Shown here: positions 55,842 to 64,000 of the stretch, piece after piece
Position numbering within the stretch: the stretch's first letter is position 1
Layout of the letters: every line of letters begins with the position of its first letter
Assembly: GCA_022710935.1 (NCBI GenBank)
Contig: JAKLFY010000005.1
Location: 14,087-78,086 of the forward strand
Length of the DNA stretch: 64,000 nucleotides
Source: Verrucomicrobiota bacterium
GTDB lineage: Bacteria; Verrucomicrobiota; Verrucomicrobiia; Limisphaerales; J093
Direction: 5' to 3'
Translations under genes and position numbers: made by a program
The notes under the pieces: generated by a model
Database searches by the model: none
Seen by the model: only the letters and a program-made list of their open reading frames with translations
What the model was told of the DNA's origin: nothing

Positions 55842-58800
55842 ATGAATCCCACGATGCCCAGGCTCAAGTTCGAAGCGTTCTCGACTCTCACCCGCATTGT
55901 ATTGGCGGCCAGTCTGCTGCTGACAGCGTCTGCCGCAGCCGCCACCCTGTCCGTGACGCCCCCCGCCGTCGGCGACAACTCGAGGGGCAAGATCACCTTG
56001 AACATTGGCGGCATACCCGCTGGCGCCTCCCTCAAGGTGGAAAAGTACTACGATTTCGATGCCGACGGACAGATCGACGCCGATGAGTTGCCCGTCCAGG
56101 GATTCACCATCACCGACGGTCAGTTGCCGATTATCGGTGGCGTACGTAACATCAACGTGCCCGGGGACGAGGACGCCACCGCAGACGGCCAAATCCGAAC
56201 CGAGGTCTTCATGCCCGGCGTCGGGCAGATCGCGGATCACGCGAGCGGCTGGTTCATCTATCGCGTCTCGGGAATCGCTGGCGGATTCGAGCCCGCCACT
56301 GCTCGATTTCGGGTGACCCAGACCGCCAAGCCGCAGGGCGTGGTGGGCAAAGTGACCCAGGCCACCAGCGGTACACCCCTGACGGCAATGATTGCGCTGG
56401 TCCGTCAGGAAAGCAACGAAGGCAGCGTCGTCCTCACGGATGCCGCGGGCAACTTCACCGTGTACGGCGAACCGGGAGAGTACGTGCTTCTGGCGGCCTG
56501 GAGAGGTTATGTGTGCAACATGCCCGCTGCGGGCGTGGTTCTGAATGCAGGCGAGATCGTCTCCCGCAACCTCACGCTGACGCCCGGAACGCTGACGGTT
56601 TCGGGCCAAGTGCTCGATACAAGCCTGGGTTTCGGGCTCCCCGGTGTTCTCATCTCCACTGAATCCGACTCGGGTTGGTTCTCGTTCGGATTCACCGACA
56701 CCCAAGGCTTGATCGACACACGCATCGTCCCGGACTCCTGGGAGTTTCGTCTGGACGGATCTTCGATGGCCGTGCAGGGCTATGTCGGCTTTGACGAGCC
56801 ACTCGAAGCCCATTTGACCACCGACCTTGTCGGCTTCTCTGTGCCCGTCACCAAAGCAAATGCCCTGATTTACGGGACGATCAAAGATGACTCCAACCAG
56901 CCTGTCTTCGGCCTGACCATCCGCGCCCAGGAGGACTCCAAGACGTTCGAGCCGAAGGGCACCGCGCTCACCGCCAACGGCGATTACGCGCTCGGTGTGG
57001 TCGGCGGAATGACGTGGACCGTGGACTTCGACGACGACGAAGTCCAGGCCGCAGGCTACTTCGGGCCCGAACACCAAGTCACGCTCGCCGCCGGTCAGGC
57101 CGTCCGCCGCGACATCGTCCTGCGCAGGCGCACCGCCACCATCTCCGGCCATGTCCGCAGCAGCACCGGCCGGCCCGTGCCCGATCTCTACGTCTGGACG
57201 TCCGGCAGCGTCAACGGCACCTCCTACCATGCCGACGCCCAAACGGACGCGGACGGCCTCTTCCAGTTGGGTGTCGCGCCCGGATCCTGGACCGTCGGCG
57301 TCGACTGCGGCAGTGACGAGGGTCTGTACGCGCGCGGCTATGGCTGCCCCAATAGCCAGGCCGTGATTGTCACAGGCCCAAATCATGTGCTCGAGTTCCT
57401 GACCCCCGCCCTCGAACCGGGTTGGACCTACCTCGAAAACGCGGCGGAGAACTGCTTCTATTCGAGTCAACTCGAGGCGGTTGGCGGCTGCCGGCCGTAT
57501 TCCTGGACACTCGCGCTGGGCTCGGACGATCCTCCGCCCGGGCTGACTCTTTCCCCCCAGGGCGTGATCTCCGGGCTCCCCACGGCCCAAGGCCAGTATG
57601 AATTCATCCTGGAAGTCAGGGATGCCGAAGGCTCGAGCTTCGAGGCCACTTACACCCTCGACATCAATCCCCCTCTCGAAATCGTCACTGCGAGCCTGCC
57701 GAACGCCGCAGTCGATACCCCCTACTTCTGGTGGCTCGAGAGCCTGGGCGGCCAGGCATCCCAATCCTGGAGTGTGCTCTCGAACAGCCTGCCTGCCGGG
57801 CTCGTGCTCGATGCCTCAGGTCAAATCTCCGGGACCCCGGCCATCGCGGGTGCCAGCACGTTCACCGTCGCGGTGTCCGACGAATGCGATACCGCCACGC
57901 GCACCTTCACGCTCGTCATCGCCGGCAAAATGCAGATCGTAACCCCCAGCCCGCTCCCCACGGCAACCCAGGGCGCCCCGTACGACCTCCAACTCGTGGC
58001 CAGTGGCGGCCAAGCACCCTACATCTGGTCCCGAAAACCAGGTTCCGCCAATCTCCCGGCGAGCTTGTCGATCACCCCCGAGGGCCATCTCTCCGGCGTT
58101 CCGGCTGCAACTGGCACCTTCCATTTCATCCTGCGCGCAACCGACAGCAGTGTCCCGGCAACCAGCGCCGACAAGACCTTCGCATTGACCGTCCGTGCGG
58201 CAGGCCCCGGCTTCCCCATCGCCGTGGATGCAGGCGATGAGTATTTCTACGGTCTGGCAACCGACGGCACGAACTACCTCGTCACCTACACCGACAGCGC
58301 TCAGTCCTCGAACATCACCGCCCGGCTCGTCGCCCCAAGCGGCGCGCTCATCGAACCGCCGATCCGCCCCGGGCGCGTGAGCGGCGCCTCCCAGGCGGCT
58401 TTCGGCCAGGATGTCTACCTGGTGGTCTGGGAAGACCGCACCGAGCAGGCCGGCACCGACCTCTACGCCCAGCGGTTGGACCGTAACGGCGCCGCGCTCG
58501 GCGCTCCCTTTCCCGTGTGCACCGCTGCCGGCGAGCAGCGACTCGATTCCCGCAAGAGCCTCGTATTCGACGGCACCAACTTCCTCGTCGTCTGGCGCGA
58601 TCATCGCTCAGGCTCCGCCGACGGCGATGTCTACGGCCAGCGAATCGCGCCTGATGGATCGCGGGTCGGAGACGAACTGCTCATCGCCGGCCAACCCGCC
58701 AACCAGGGCAACCTCGGCGCCGCATTCAATGGCACCCGCACTCTCGTCATTTGGATGAATCAGCCGACCGCCGGCATCGAATTGTACGAAACATGGGGAG

Positions 58801-59546
58801 CGTTCGTCTCGAAAACCGGCGCCGTCAGCGCGGCTTTCAAGATCAGTCAATCAGCCACCCCGCGAACCTACCAGGCCCGTGTCGCCTGGAACGGATCCCA
58901 ATTCCTGGCCCTCTGGCTCCGAGACCGGGCACCCAGCGTCGCGGACCCAGCCGCCTGGGACCTGGCAGCCCGGCTGATTGCCGCGGATGGCACTCTGATC
59001 GACGATGAATTTCAAATCGGCCCCAGTGCCGGACACCAGGTCGCCGCTTCGGTCACCGCCCTGGGTTCAGGTTTCCTGGTGCATTGGCTGGACGATTTCG
59101 GAGGCGAGCACCCCGCACAGCAGGGCCAGATCCTCGATTCTCGCGGCCAACCAGCGGGCCAGCGCTTCCTGATCGCTCCACAGTTCGACGGCCGCGTGCC
59201 GCTCGGCACTGTGATCTCAACCTCGTCCGGCCTCCTGGCGTTCTTCATGTATGGCACGTGGATCTACCAGGATAACCTCCGCGGCCCCCTCACGGACGTC
59301 GATATCTACGGCCAGTTCATCGCTCGGCCGCCTTGGCTCGACACGCCGGAACGGCTCGCCGATGGCACCGTCCGCGTCCGGTTCGAAGGCGGCCAACTCG
59401 TCAACCATGTCCTCGAAGCCAGCACCAACCTCGATGCCTGGCAAGCCGTGCTCACCACCGACAATCCAACCGGCACCGTGACCTTCATCGACACATCGGC
59501 CCCCACCCTCCCCGCGCGCTTTTACCGAGTCCGCATCGAGCCGTGA
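55842..59546 (+). CDS. large secreted protein: CarboxypepD_reg-like domains, cadherin-like putative Ig domains and a C-terminal FYRV module
   Basis: Signal peptide. About 4 carboxypeptidase-regulatory-like repeats (e.g. ISGHVRSSTGRPVPDLYVW). About 4 repeats of the type Y..QL.A.GG..PY.WS......LP.GL.L...G.ISG.P. C-terminus ...LEASTNLDAWQAV...ARFYRVRIEP. Confidence 0.8.
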   Translation: MNPTMPRLKFEAFSTLTRIVLAASLLLTASAAAATLSVTPPAVGDNSRGKITLNIGGIPAGASLKVEKYYDFDADGQIDADELPVQGFTITDGQLPIIGGVRNINVPGDEDATADGQIRTEVFMPGVGQIADHASGWFIYRVSGIAGGFEPATARFRVTQTAKPQGVVGKVTQATSGTPLTAMIALVRQESNEGSVVLTDAAGNFTVYGEPGEYVLLAAWRGYVCNMPAAGVVLNAGEIVSRNLTLTPGTLTVSGQVLDTSLGFGLPGVLISTESDSGWFSFGFTDTQGLIDTRIVPDSWEFRLDGSSMAVQGYVGFDEPLEAHLTTDLVGFSVPVTKANALIYGTIKDDSNQPVFGLTIRAQEDSKTFEPKGTALTANGDYALGVVGGMTWTVDFDDDEVQAAGYFGPEHQVTLAAGQAVRRDIVLRRRTATISGHVRSSTGRPVPDLYVWTSGSVNGTSYHADAQTDADGLFQLGVAPGSWTVGVDCGSDEGLYARGYGCPNSQAVIVTGPNHVLEFLTPALEPGWTYLENAAENCFYSSQLEAVGGCRPYSWTLALGSDDPPPGLTLSPQGVISGLPTAQGQYEFILEVRDAEGSSFEATYTLDINPPLEIVTASLPNAAVDTPYFWWLESLGGQASQSWSVLSNSLPAGLVLDASGQISGTPAIAGASTFTVAVSDECDTATRTFTLVIAGKMQIVTPSPLPTATQGAPYDLQLVASGGQAPYIWSRKPGSANLPASLSITPEGHLSGVPAATGTFHFILRATDSSVPATSADKTFALTVRAAGPGFPIAVDAGDEYFYGLATDGTNYLVTYTDSAQSSNITARLVAPSGALIEPPIRPGRVSGASQAAFGQDVYLVVWEDRTEQAGTDLYAQRLDRNGAALGAPFPVCTAAGEQRLDSRKSLVFDGTNFLVVWRDHRSGSADGDVYGQRIAPDGSRVGDELLIAGQPANQGNLGAAFNGTRTLVIWMNQPTAGIELYETWGAFVSKTGAVSAAFKISQSATPRTYQARVAWNGSQFLALWLRDRAPSVADPAAWDLAARLIAADGTLIDDEFQIGPSAGHQVAASVTALGSGFLVHWLDDFGGEHPAQQGQILDSRGQPAGQRFLIAPQFDGRVPLGTVISTSSGLLAFFMYGTWIYQDNLRGPLTDVDIYGQFIARPPWLDTPERLADGTVRVRFEGGQLVNHVLEASTNLDAWQAVLTTDNPTGTVTFIDTSAPTLPARFYRVRIEP

Positions 59547-59680
59547 CGGGCCCCTCACCATCCCCCGTCCGAGGAGGACAATCGGGTCGTATCCAAACGT
59601 GCGATCACAGCGAGCGCCAAAATGTCAACCATTGATTCGGCTGAAGGCTGTGGGGTTTTCAGCAGAATCACTCTTCCAAC

Positions 59681-59736
59681 CACGAATCACACGAATGACA
59701 CGAATTCGAGGGGAACCATGATTCGTGTGATTCGTG
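59681..59736. repeat. perfect 16-bp inverted repeat built from CACGAAT units
   Basis: CACGAATCACACGAAT at 59681-59696 and ATTCGTGTGATTCGTG at 59721-59736, with a third CACGAAT inside the loop. It lies 135 nt after the upstream stop and 75 nt before the antitoxin ATG. Confidence 0.85.
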
Positions 59737-59810
59737 TCTACTGGTCACTCCGTTTCCTGGGCCCGCCCGCGCGGATTGACTTTGCCGGGCATCCGTGCGA
59801 CATACAACTT

Positions 59811-60047
59811 ATGAGTGACACACTGTCCATCCGGATTGCCGTGGACGAGAAACGCCGGCTGGCCGAGCTGGCCGCCCAGTCCGGCGAGACGGTCAATGAG
59901 TTCGTGCGCAAGTCCATCCGCGCACGCGTCGCCCAGATTGGCCGAGACCTGCCGTCGCCGCTGCGTGAGTTCTTCGGTTCAGTGGATGCCACCGTGCCGC
60001 CACCGACGAACAAGGCCGTGCGTCGCGCCCTGCGAGGTGGACGATGA
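59811..60047 (+). CDS. ribbon-helix-helix (CopG-like) antitoxin
   Basis: 78 aa: MSDTLSIRIAVDEKRRLAELAAQSGETVNEFVRKSIRARV. The stop overlaps the PIN gene start (ATGA). Confidence 0.7.
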   Translation: MSDTLSIRIAVDEKRRLAELAAQSGETVNEFVRKSIRARVAQIGRDLPSPLREFFGSVDATVPPPTNKAVRRALRGGR

Positions 60048-60460
60048 TCTACCTCGTTGACACGGGCCCGCTGGTGAGTGCGTTCGCCCGCCGGGAAACC
60101 GCGTTCAAACGTTGGGCCGAGGCCCTGCTGGTGACGCTCCCCCTCCCGTTGGTGACCTGCGAGCCTGTCGTCACCGAAGCCGCCCACATGCTGGGGTCGG
60201 GCGACCGTTTGCTCGAAGCGATGCACCGCGGTCTGTTGGTCTGCCGCTTCGACCTCCAAGCCAACGCTGACTCGGTCCGCCAACTGTGCGCCCGGTACGC
60301 GAGCCTTCCCATGGACCTGGCGGATGCCTGTTTGGTCCAGCTCTACGAGACCTATCGCGCGGGGACCGCAACCATCGTCACCGTCGACCGCGAGGACTTC
60401 TCGGTCTATCGCGCCCATCGCAATCAGCCGTTGTTGTGCGAGTTCCCGCCAACCGGCTGA
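60044..60460 (+). CDS. vapC: PIN-domain toxin (VapC-like)
   Basis: MIYLVDTGPLV (first acidic residue), ...CEPVVTEAAH..., ...MDLADACLV... and ...IVTVDREDF, giving the classic four acidic positions. 138 aa. Confidence 0.75.
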   Translation: MIYLVDTGPLVSAFARRETAFKRWAEALLVTLPLPLVTCEPVVTEAAHMLGSGDRLLEAMHRGLLVCRFDLQANADSVRQLCARYASLPMDLADACLVQLYETYRAGTATIVTVDREDFSVYRAHRNQPLLCEFPPTG

Positions 60461-60536
60461 GAGCAAGCGGCCAGGCAATGCGGGAGCATCTGAATTCGCC
60501 TGTCCCAATGCGACCCCATTGCCTCGCCACCGGGCG

Positions 60537-62069
60537 CTACTTCGTCTCCGCGGCCACTTTGCGCAGGTCGAACCCGGGCGGGCGTGTGTAGACCGGCACC
60601 CGAGCCGTGAGCGCGTCGAAGCCGAGGAGATAGCCTTTGGACTGGCTGTTTTTTCCGGCGCCTTCAAACCGGAGTGTGTGCTCGCCTGGCGCCAGTGTGA
60701 ATGTGCCCAGGCGATGCGGCATGGGGGTGATGCTCGCGTGGTACAAGTCGAGCCGCCCTGCGTCTCTGCCATCGAGCCGCACCCGGTAGGTGCCATAGTC
60801 CGGCGCGTGCAGCATTTTGGCCCAGAATTCGGCGGTCATTTCGGCGTCGGTCCTGAACGTCACTTCGAGCCAGCTTTCGCCGGTCGAGGGCCGGAACCAG
60901 AGCTGTTTCCCATCCGTCACCCCGCCGATGGGCTGGACTTCGAGCGGGGCTTCGGAGTGTTTGGCGTCGGGCACGGCCTTCCAGCCAACGACCGGTGTTT
61001 GCTCGCGGAACGGCAGCCGGTCCGGACCCGGCGGCAGGGCGGGCCAGGGCTTGTGCGGCTCGGCCTGGTACCACAGGGCGACCGACGACATCAGGTCATC
61101 GCGTTCGATGAACCCGCTGCCCTGGCCGTCTGGGAACTGCTGCGAGCCCTTGTGCTCGATCTCGACCCGCAGCGATTTGGCGAACGGGACCGGATCCGGG
61201 ATGTGAAAGCGATAGGCCGTGCTCCGATCGCCCTCGCCGTATCCTTCCCAAAGCGGCGTGCCGTAGAACGGCCCATCCTGTTGTCGGAACCCCCAGGCAT
61301 CGCAGAAGTAATCTTCCGTGCCCGTGCCGCGCAATTGCGGCTCGGTTGCGCCATCGACAAAGAAGAAGTCGTCGCCTTCGCCATACCAGCCCGAGGACAT
61401 GTGGTAGACGCTCTGGATGGTCCCGACGTAGTGGCCGCGTCCGGCGAGGTCGGCGAGCAGGTAGTTGCGTCCCATGACGCAGGGATGCTCCTGTCGGTAC
61501 ATCGCGTGGAAATAGGCGGTGTCGTCGGGCAGAGAATCCTGTTTCTGCCAATCGATGTAGTAGTAGAAGGCGCCGCATCGCTTGTCGCTTTCGTTCGTGA
61601 CTGTCAGGCGCGCCGACTTGCGGAACGGCATCGGCCAATAACAGTTGCGCGCCCGGCCGTCGGACGAGACGCGGATCGGAATCGAGATGAACGATTTGTC
61701 GACGCCGTGCCCGATTCCGAAAAAGTCCCCCACCGGGCACTCGACGCTCGGGCGATCTTCGCCATCCCAATACATGCGCAGGGTCAGGAGCCGGGAATAG
61801 AATGGGGCCTCGTGCGCGATGGTGAACCAGATGTGGGTGATGACGCCGGGGCCGTCGAGTTCGGCCAGGGTCAGGGTGCCGCCGGGCGCGATCGGACGGG
61901 CATCCGCGTTGCCGTCTTTCCAGTTGGCATCCGAGGAAGAGGCTCGGCGCGCCTCGAAGTCCTTGAGCCGTTCCAGTCCGGACAGCGGGTTGCCGGGCGT
62001 GAGTTGAGCCAGGGTCGTAGCGCCGCCGCACAGGGCGATCAGGGCGAGGATCGACAGAGTCGTTTTCAT
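60537..62069 (-). CDS. DUF2961 / glycoside hydrolase family 172 protein
   Basis: Signal peptide from ATG 62069 (MKTTLSILALIALCGG). ITHIWFT, RNCYWPMPF, GRGHYVG, WYGEGDDFFFVDG and GTGTEDYF. Confidence 0.8.
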   Translation of the reverse strand: MKTTLSILALIALCGGATTLAQLTPGNPLSGLERLKDFEARRASSSDANWKDGNADARPIAPGGTLTLAELDGPGVITHIWFTIAHEAPFYSRLLTLRMYWDGEDRPSVECPVGDFFGIGHGVDKSFISIPIRVSSDGRARNCYWPMPFRKSARLTVTNESDKRCGAFYYYIDWQKQDSLPDDTAYFHAMYRQEHPCVMGRNYLLADLAGRGHYVGTIQSVYHMSSGWYGEGDDFFFVDGATEPQLRGTGTEDYFCDAWGFRQQDGPFYGTPLWEGYGEGDRSTAYRFHIPDPVPFAKSLRVEIEHKGSQQFPDGQGSGFIERDDLMSSVALWYQAEPHKPWPALPPGPDRLPFREQTPVVGWKAVPDAKHSEAPLEVQPIGGVTDGKQLWFRPSTGESWLEVTFRTDAEMTAEFWAKMLHAPDYGTYRVRLDGRDAGRLDLYHASITPMPHRLGTFTLAPGEHTLRFEGAGKNSQSKGYLLGFDALTARVPVYTRPPGFDLRKVAAETK

Positions 62070-62148
62070 GGGCTTATGCAGGCGTCCACTGTGACGCGGA
62101 CCCGCGCGTCCGACAAGATCCAATCAGGTCCCCCGATCCTCGCCCCAC

Positions 62149-62371
62149 GGCCAATTCATGAAGGCGAAAAGGGTGGAGGGGGGACGTCTCGTCCCCCGGC
62201 AATGAGAGTTGCGGACACTGTTTGCGGGCGACGAGGACGTCGCCCCTCCCGTGCTCTGTCGGTGAACACGAAGGCGTTGGAGCGGGGGGACGTCTCGTCC
62301 CCCGGCAATGAGAGTTGCGGACACTGTTTGCGGGCGACGAGGCCGTCGCCGCTCCACTTCATGAATTGGCC
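62149..62371. repeat. composite repeat: two 67-nt direct copies (62178-62244, 62284-62350), each with two 7-bp hairpins, bracketed by a perfect 15-bp inverted repeat
   Basis: The two copies differ at one base. Hairpins are GGGGGACgtctcGTCCCCC and GGCGACGaggaCGTCGCC. The outer inverted repeat is GGCCAATTCATGAAG (62149-62163) and CTTCATGAATTGGCC (62357-62371). Confidence 0.9.
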
Positions 62372-62434
62372 CTGTCCTCGCCCAAGCCACTCGGAAGTTG
62401 ACCGTTTCTCGAGTCGGTGGCACCGTCGTCCACC

Positions 62435-64000
62435 ATGAAGACTCCCTTCCACATCCTTTTAGCTGTTGTTCTGGGCGTGTGCGTGCTCTGGACGAGCCCT
62501 GCCACCGCCGGTCAGTTCAAGCGGATTGCCATCGACGGGGACTTCGGAGACTGGGCAGGCGTGGCGCCCGCGGCCGTCGACACGGAAGGCGACTCGACCT
62601 CGCTCGACTTCCGCGAGGTCTATGTGGCCAATGACGAGGACTATCTGTACCTCCGGGTAAAGCTCTATACCGAGATCAACTACAGCGCGTTCCAGCACCA
62701 TGTGTTCATCGATGCGGATGCCAACCCGGCAACCGGCTTGTCGATCGGGGGCATTGGCTCGGAGCTGATGATCGAGAACGGTGGCGGGTATCAGCAGAAG
62801 AATGGGGGGTGGAACGAAGGCAGCGCCTCGAATCTGGGCTGGGCAGCGGCGCCCAGCGGGCTGACCGCGGAGTTCGAGGTGCGCATCTCGAGGCAGGTGC
62901 GCGACGCCGGGGGCGAACTGGTCTTCGCCTCGGACAGCATCCTGGTGGCGGTCGAGGCGGAGGACAGCAATTGGGCCACGGTCGATATCGCGCCTGACAG
63001 CGGTGGCGCGGCCTACGATTTCGCGCCGACTCCCCCGAAGGCCACGGGCACGACGACGTTGGTGTCACTCGACGGCACGGTCTGGCGGTACAGCGATGAT
63101 GGGACCGATTGGGGCACGGACTGGCTGGCGTTCGACTTCGACGAGATTCAGTACGGGTGGAACAGCGGTCCTGGGCTCTTCGGCTTTGGTGTGTCGGCGG
63201 GAACCTACCCGACCCTGGCGACGACTCTTGCCTCCGGCCAAGACACGTACTACCTGCGCGCTCCCTTCACGTGGGACTACGACAGCCTGGGGATCGCGCT
63301 GGTGGCGAATCTCTACCTGTCCGACGGCGCGGTGCTGTATCTGAACGGTGCTGAGGTCAAGCGCGTGCGGATGCCGGATGGGGCGGTCGAGTACGGCACG
63401 CCCGCCACGGGAGGTCCGGCCGTGCCGGGCCAGGCGGAGTCTTTCATTGTGCCCGCAAACGCTTTGGTCACGGGAGCGAATGTCCTCGAGGCCGAGGTCC
63501 ATCAGGCAGCCGGCACGCCGGCCGAGTTGGCCTTCGGTTTGAAGTTGGAGGCGACCGACAGCCTTCCGCCGCTGATCGTTGATCCCACCCAGCCGGCCGA
63601 CCGCACCGTGACGGAGGGCGAGGCGACCACCTTCAGCGTGGGCACCGTGACCGGCACGACACCTCTGGCCTACCAGTGGTTCAAGGATGACGCGCCGATC
63701 GAAGGCGCGACGGAGCCGACACTGACCATCCCCGTCGTGCTGGTGACCGACGCCGGCGGGTACCGGGTCGAGATCACGAATGCGACGGGGGCCAAGGCCG
63801 TCAGCCGCACGGCGCAACTGACGACCACCGCCGTGGCGGTCAGCCTGACAAACGACGCCGAGCCGGCGGATCGGACCGTTCTTCAAGGGGAATCGACCAC
63901 GTTCGCCGTGGAAGCAACCGGCTCGCCGGTGCTCAGCTATCAATGGTTCAAGAACGAGGTGGCGATTGAAGGTGCGACAGGCCCCGAATACACCATCGAC
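62435..64000 (+). CDS. secreted protein with Ig-like (I-set) repeats, partial (runs off the right edge)
   Basis: ATG 62435 with signal peptide MKTPFHILLAVVLGVCVLWTSPATA. The frame is open for all 522 codons to 64000 and is absent from the ORF track because there is no stop. Ig repeats carry YQWFKD/YQWFKN. Confidence 0.8.
   Translation, partial: MKTPFHILLAVVLGVCVLWTSPATAGQFKRIAIDGDFGDWAGVAPAAVDTEGDSTSLDFREVYVANDEDYLYLRVKLYTEINYSAFQHHVFIDADANPATGLSIGGIGSELMIENGGGYQQKNGGWNEGSASNLGWAAAPSGLTAEFEVRISRQVRDAGGELVFASDSILVAVEAEDSNWATVDIAPDSGGAAYDFAPTPPKATGTTTLVSLDGTVWRYSDDGTDWGTDWLAFDFDEIQYGWNSGPGLFGFGVSAGTYPTLATTLASGQDTYYLRAPFTWDYDSLGIALVANLYLSDGAVLYLNGAEVKRVRMPDGAVEYGTPATGGPAVPGQAESFIVPANALVTGANVLEAEVHQAAGTPAELAFGLKLEATDSLPPLIVDPTQPADRTVTEGEATTFSVGTVTGTTPLAYQWFKDDAPIEGATEPTLTIPVVLVTDAGGYRVEITNATGAKAVSRTAQLTTTAVAVSLTNDAEPADRTVLQGESTTFAVEATGSPVLSYQWFKNEVAIEGATGPEYTID

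Noticed and set aside
62178-62350. CRISPR array.
   Set aside because: There are only two repeat copies, each 67 nt long, with a 39-nt spacer. They are internally hairpinned and enclosed by an inverted repeat, and there are no cas genes. This is inconsistent with a CRISPR array.

Overview
High-GC bacterial chromosomal window. The gene content looks like the PVC group (Verrucomicrobiota- or Planctomycetota-like): giant secreted FG-GAP/Ig/cadherin-like proteins that end in a recurring FYRV module, and many glycoside hydrolases. Because of the GC content, nearly every real gene is shadowed by long spurious antisense ORFs. I called genes only where the translation shows recognisable family motifs or tight operon structure. 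Starts were moved to the first plausible ATG with a signal peptide or conserved N-terminus.

Layout:
- 1-9.7 kb: one minus-strand envelope operon. It holds a NitT/TauT-type ABC importer, PspA/IM30, a coiled-coil membrane protein, and two substrate-binding-domain/OmpA fusions flanking a vWA protein.
- 10.4-13.5 kb: an orphan PilT ATPase sandwiched between two TPR proteins.
- 13.9-15.7 kb: GH16, a nitroreductase and a hypothetical protein.
- 15.8-22.9 kb: a small phage-like mini-operon preceded by a tandem repeat, a 1114-aa FG-GAP/Ig protein, and decayed gene fragments plus repeats.
- 23.0-27.9 kb: the nitrogen module porin-glnA-amtB-glnB with a sigma-54-like promoter.
- 28.1-38.5 kb: a carbohydrate cluster (URO-D-like, GH38, SSS transporter) and a 1542-aa propeller/phosphoesterase protein.
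- 38.9-52.1 kb: the most interesting part, a visibly more AT-rich 13-kb minus-strand defence operon. It has BREX parts (BrxE-like?, BrxA, BrxB, half-length BrxC, PglZ, BrxL-like ATPase) but no PglX methyltransferase. The pglX position holds a DEDDh exonuclease plus a headless UvrD/PD-(D/E)XK nuclease. The BrxL-like protein carries a MIT_C/PLD-like domain where the Lon protease domain would be. The operon ends in dcm-vsr and abuts the stump of a large DEAD/DEAH helicase.
- 52.1-53.0 kb: a nest of palindromic and low-complexity repeats.
- 53.1-64 kb: a second PilT-like ATPase, a membrane protein, an SNase-like protein, a 1234-aa CarboxypepD_reg/Ig protein, an RHH-PIN toxin-antitoxin pair, GH172 (DUF2961), a composite repeat, and a partial Ig-repeat protein that runs off the right edge.

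I recognised no rRNA, tRNA, CRISPR array, transposase or integrase.
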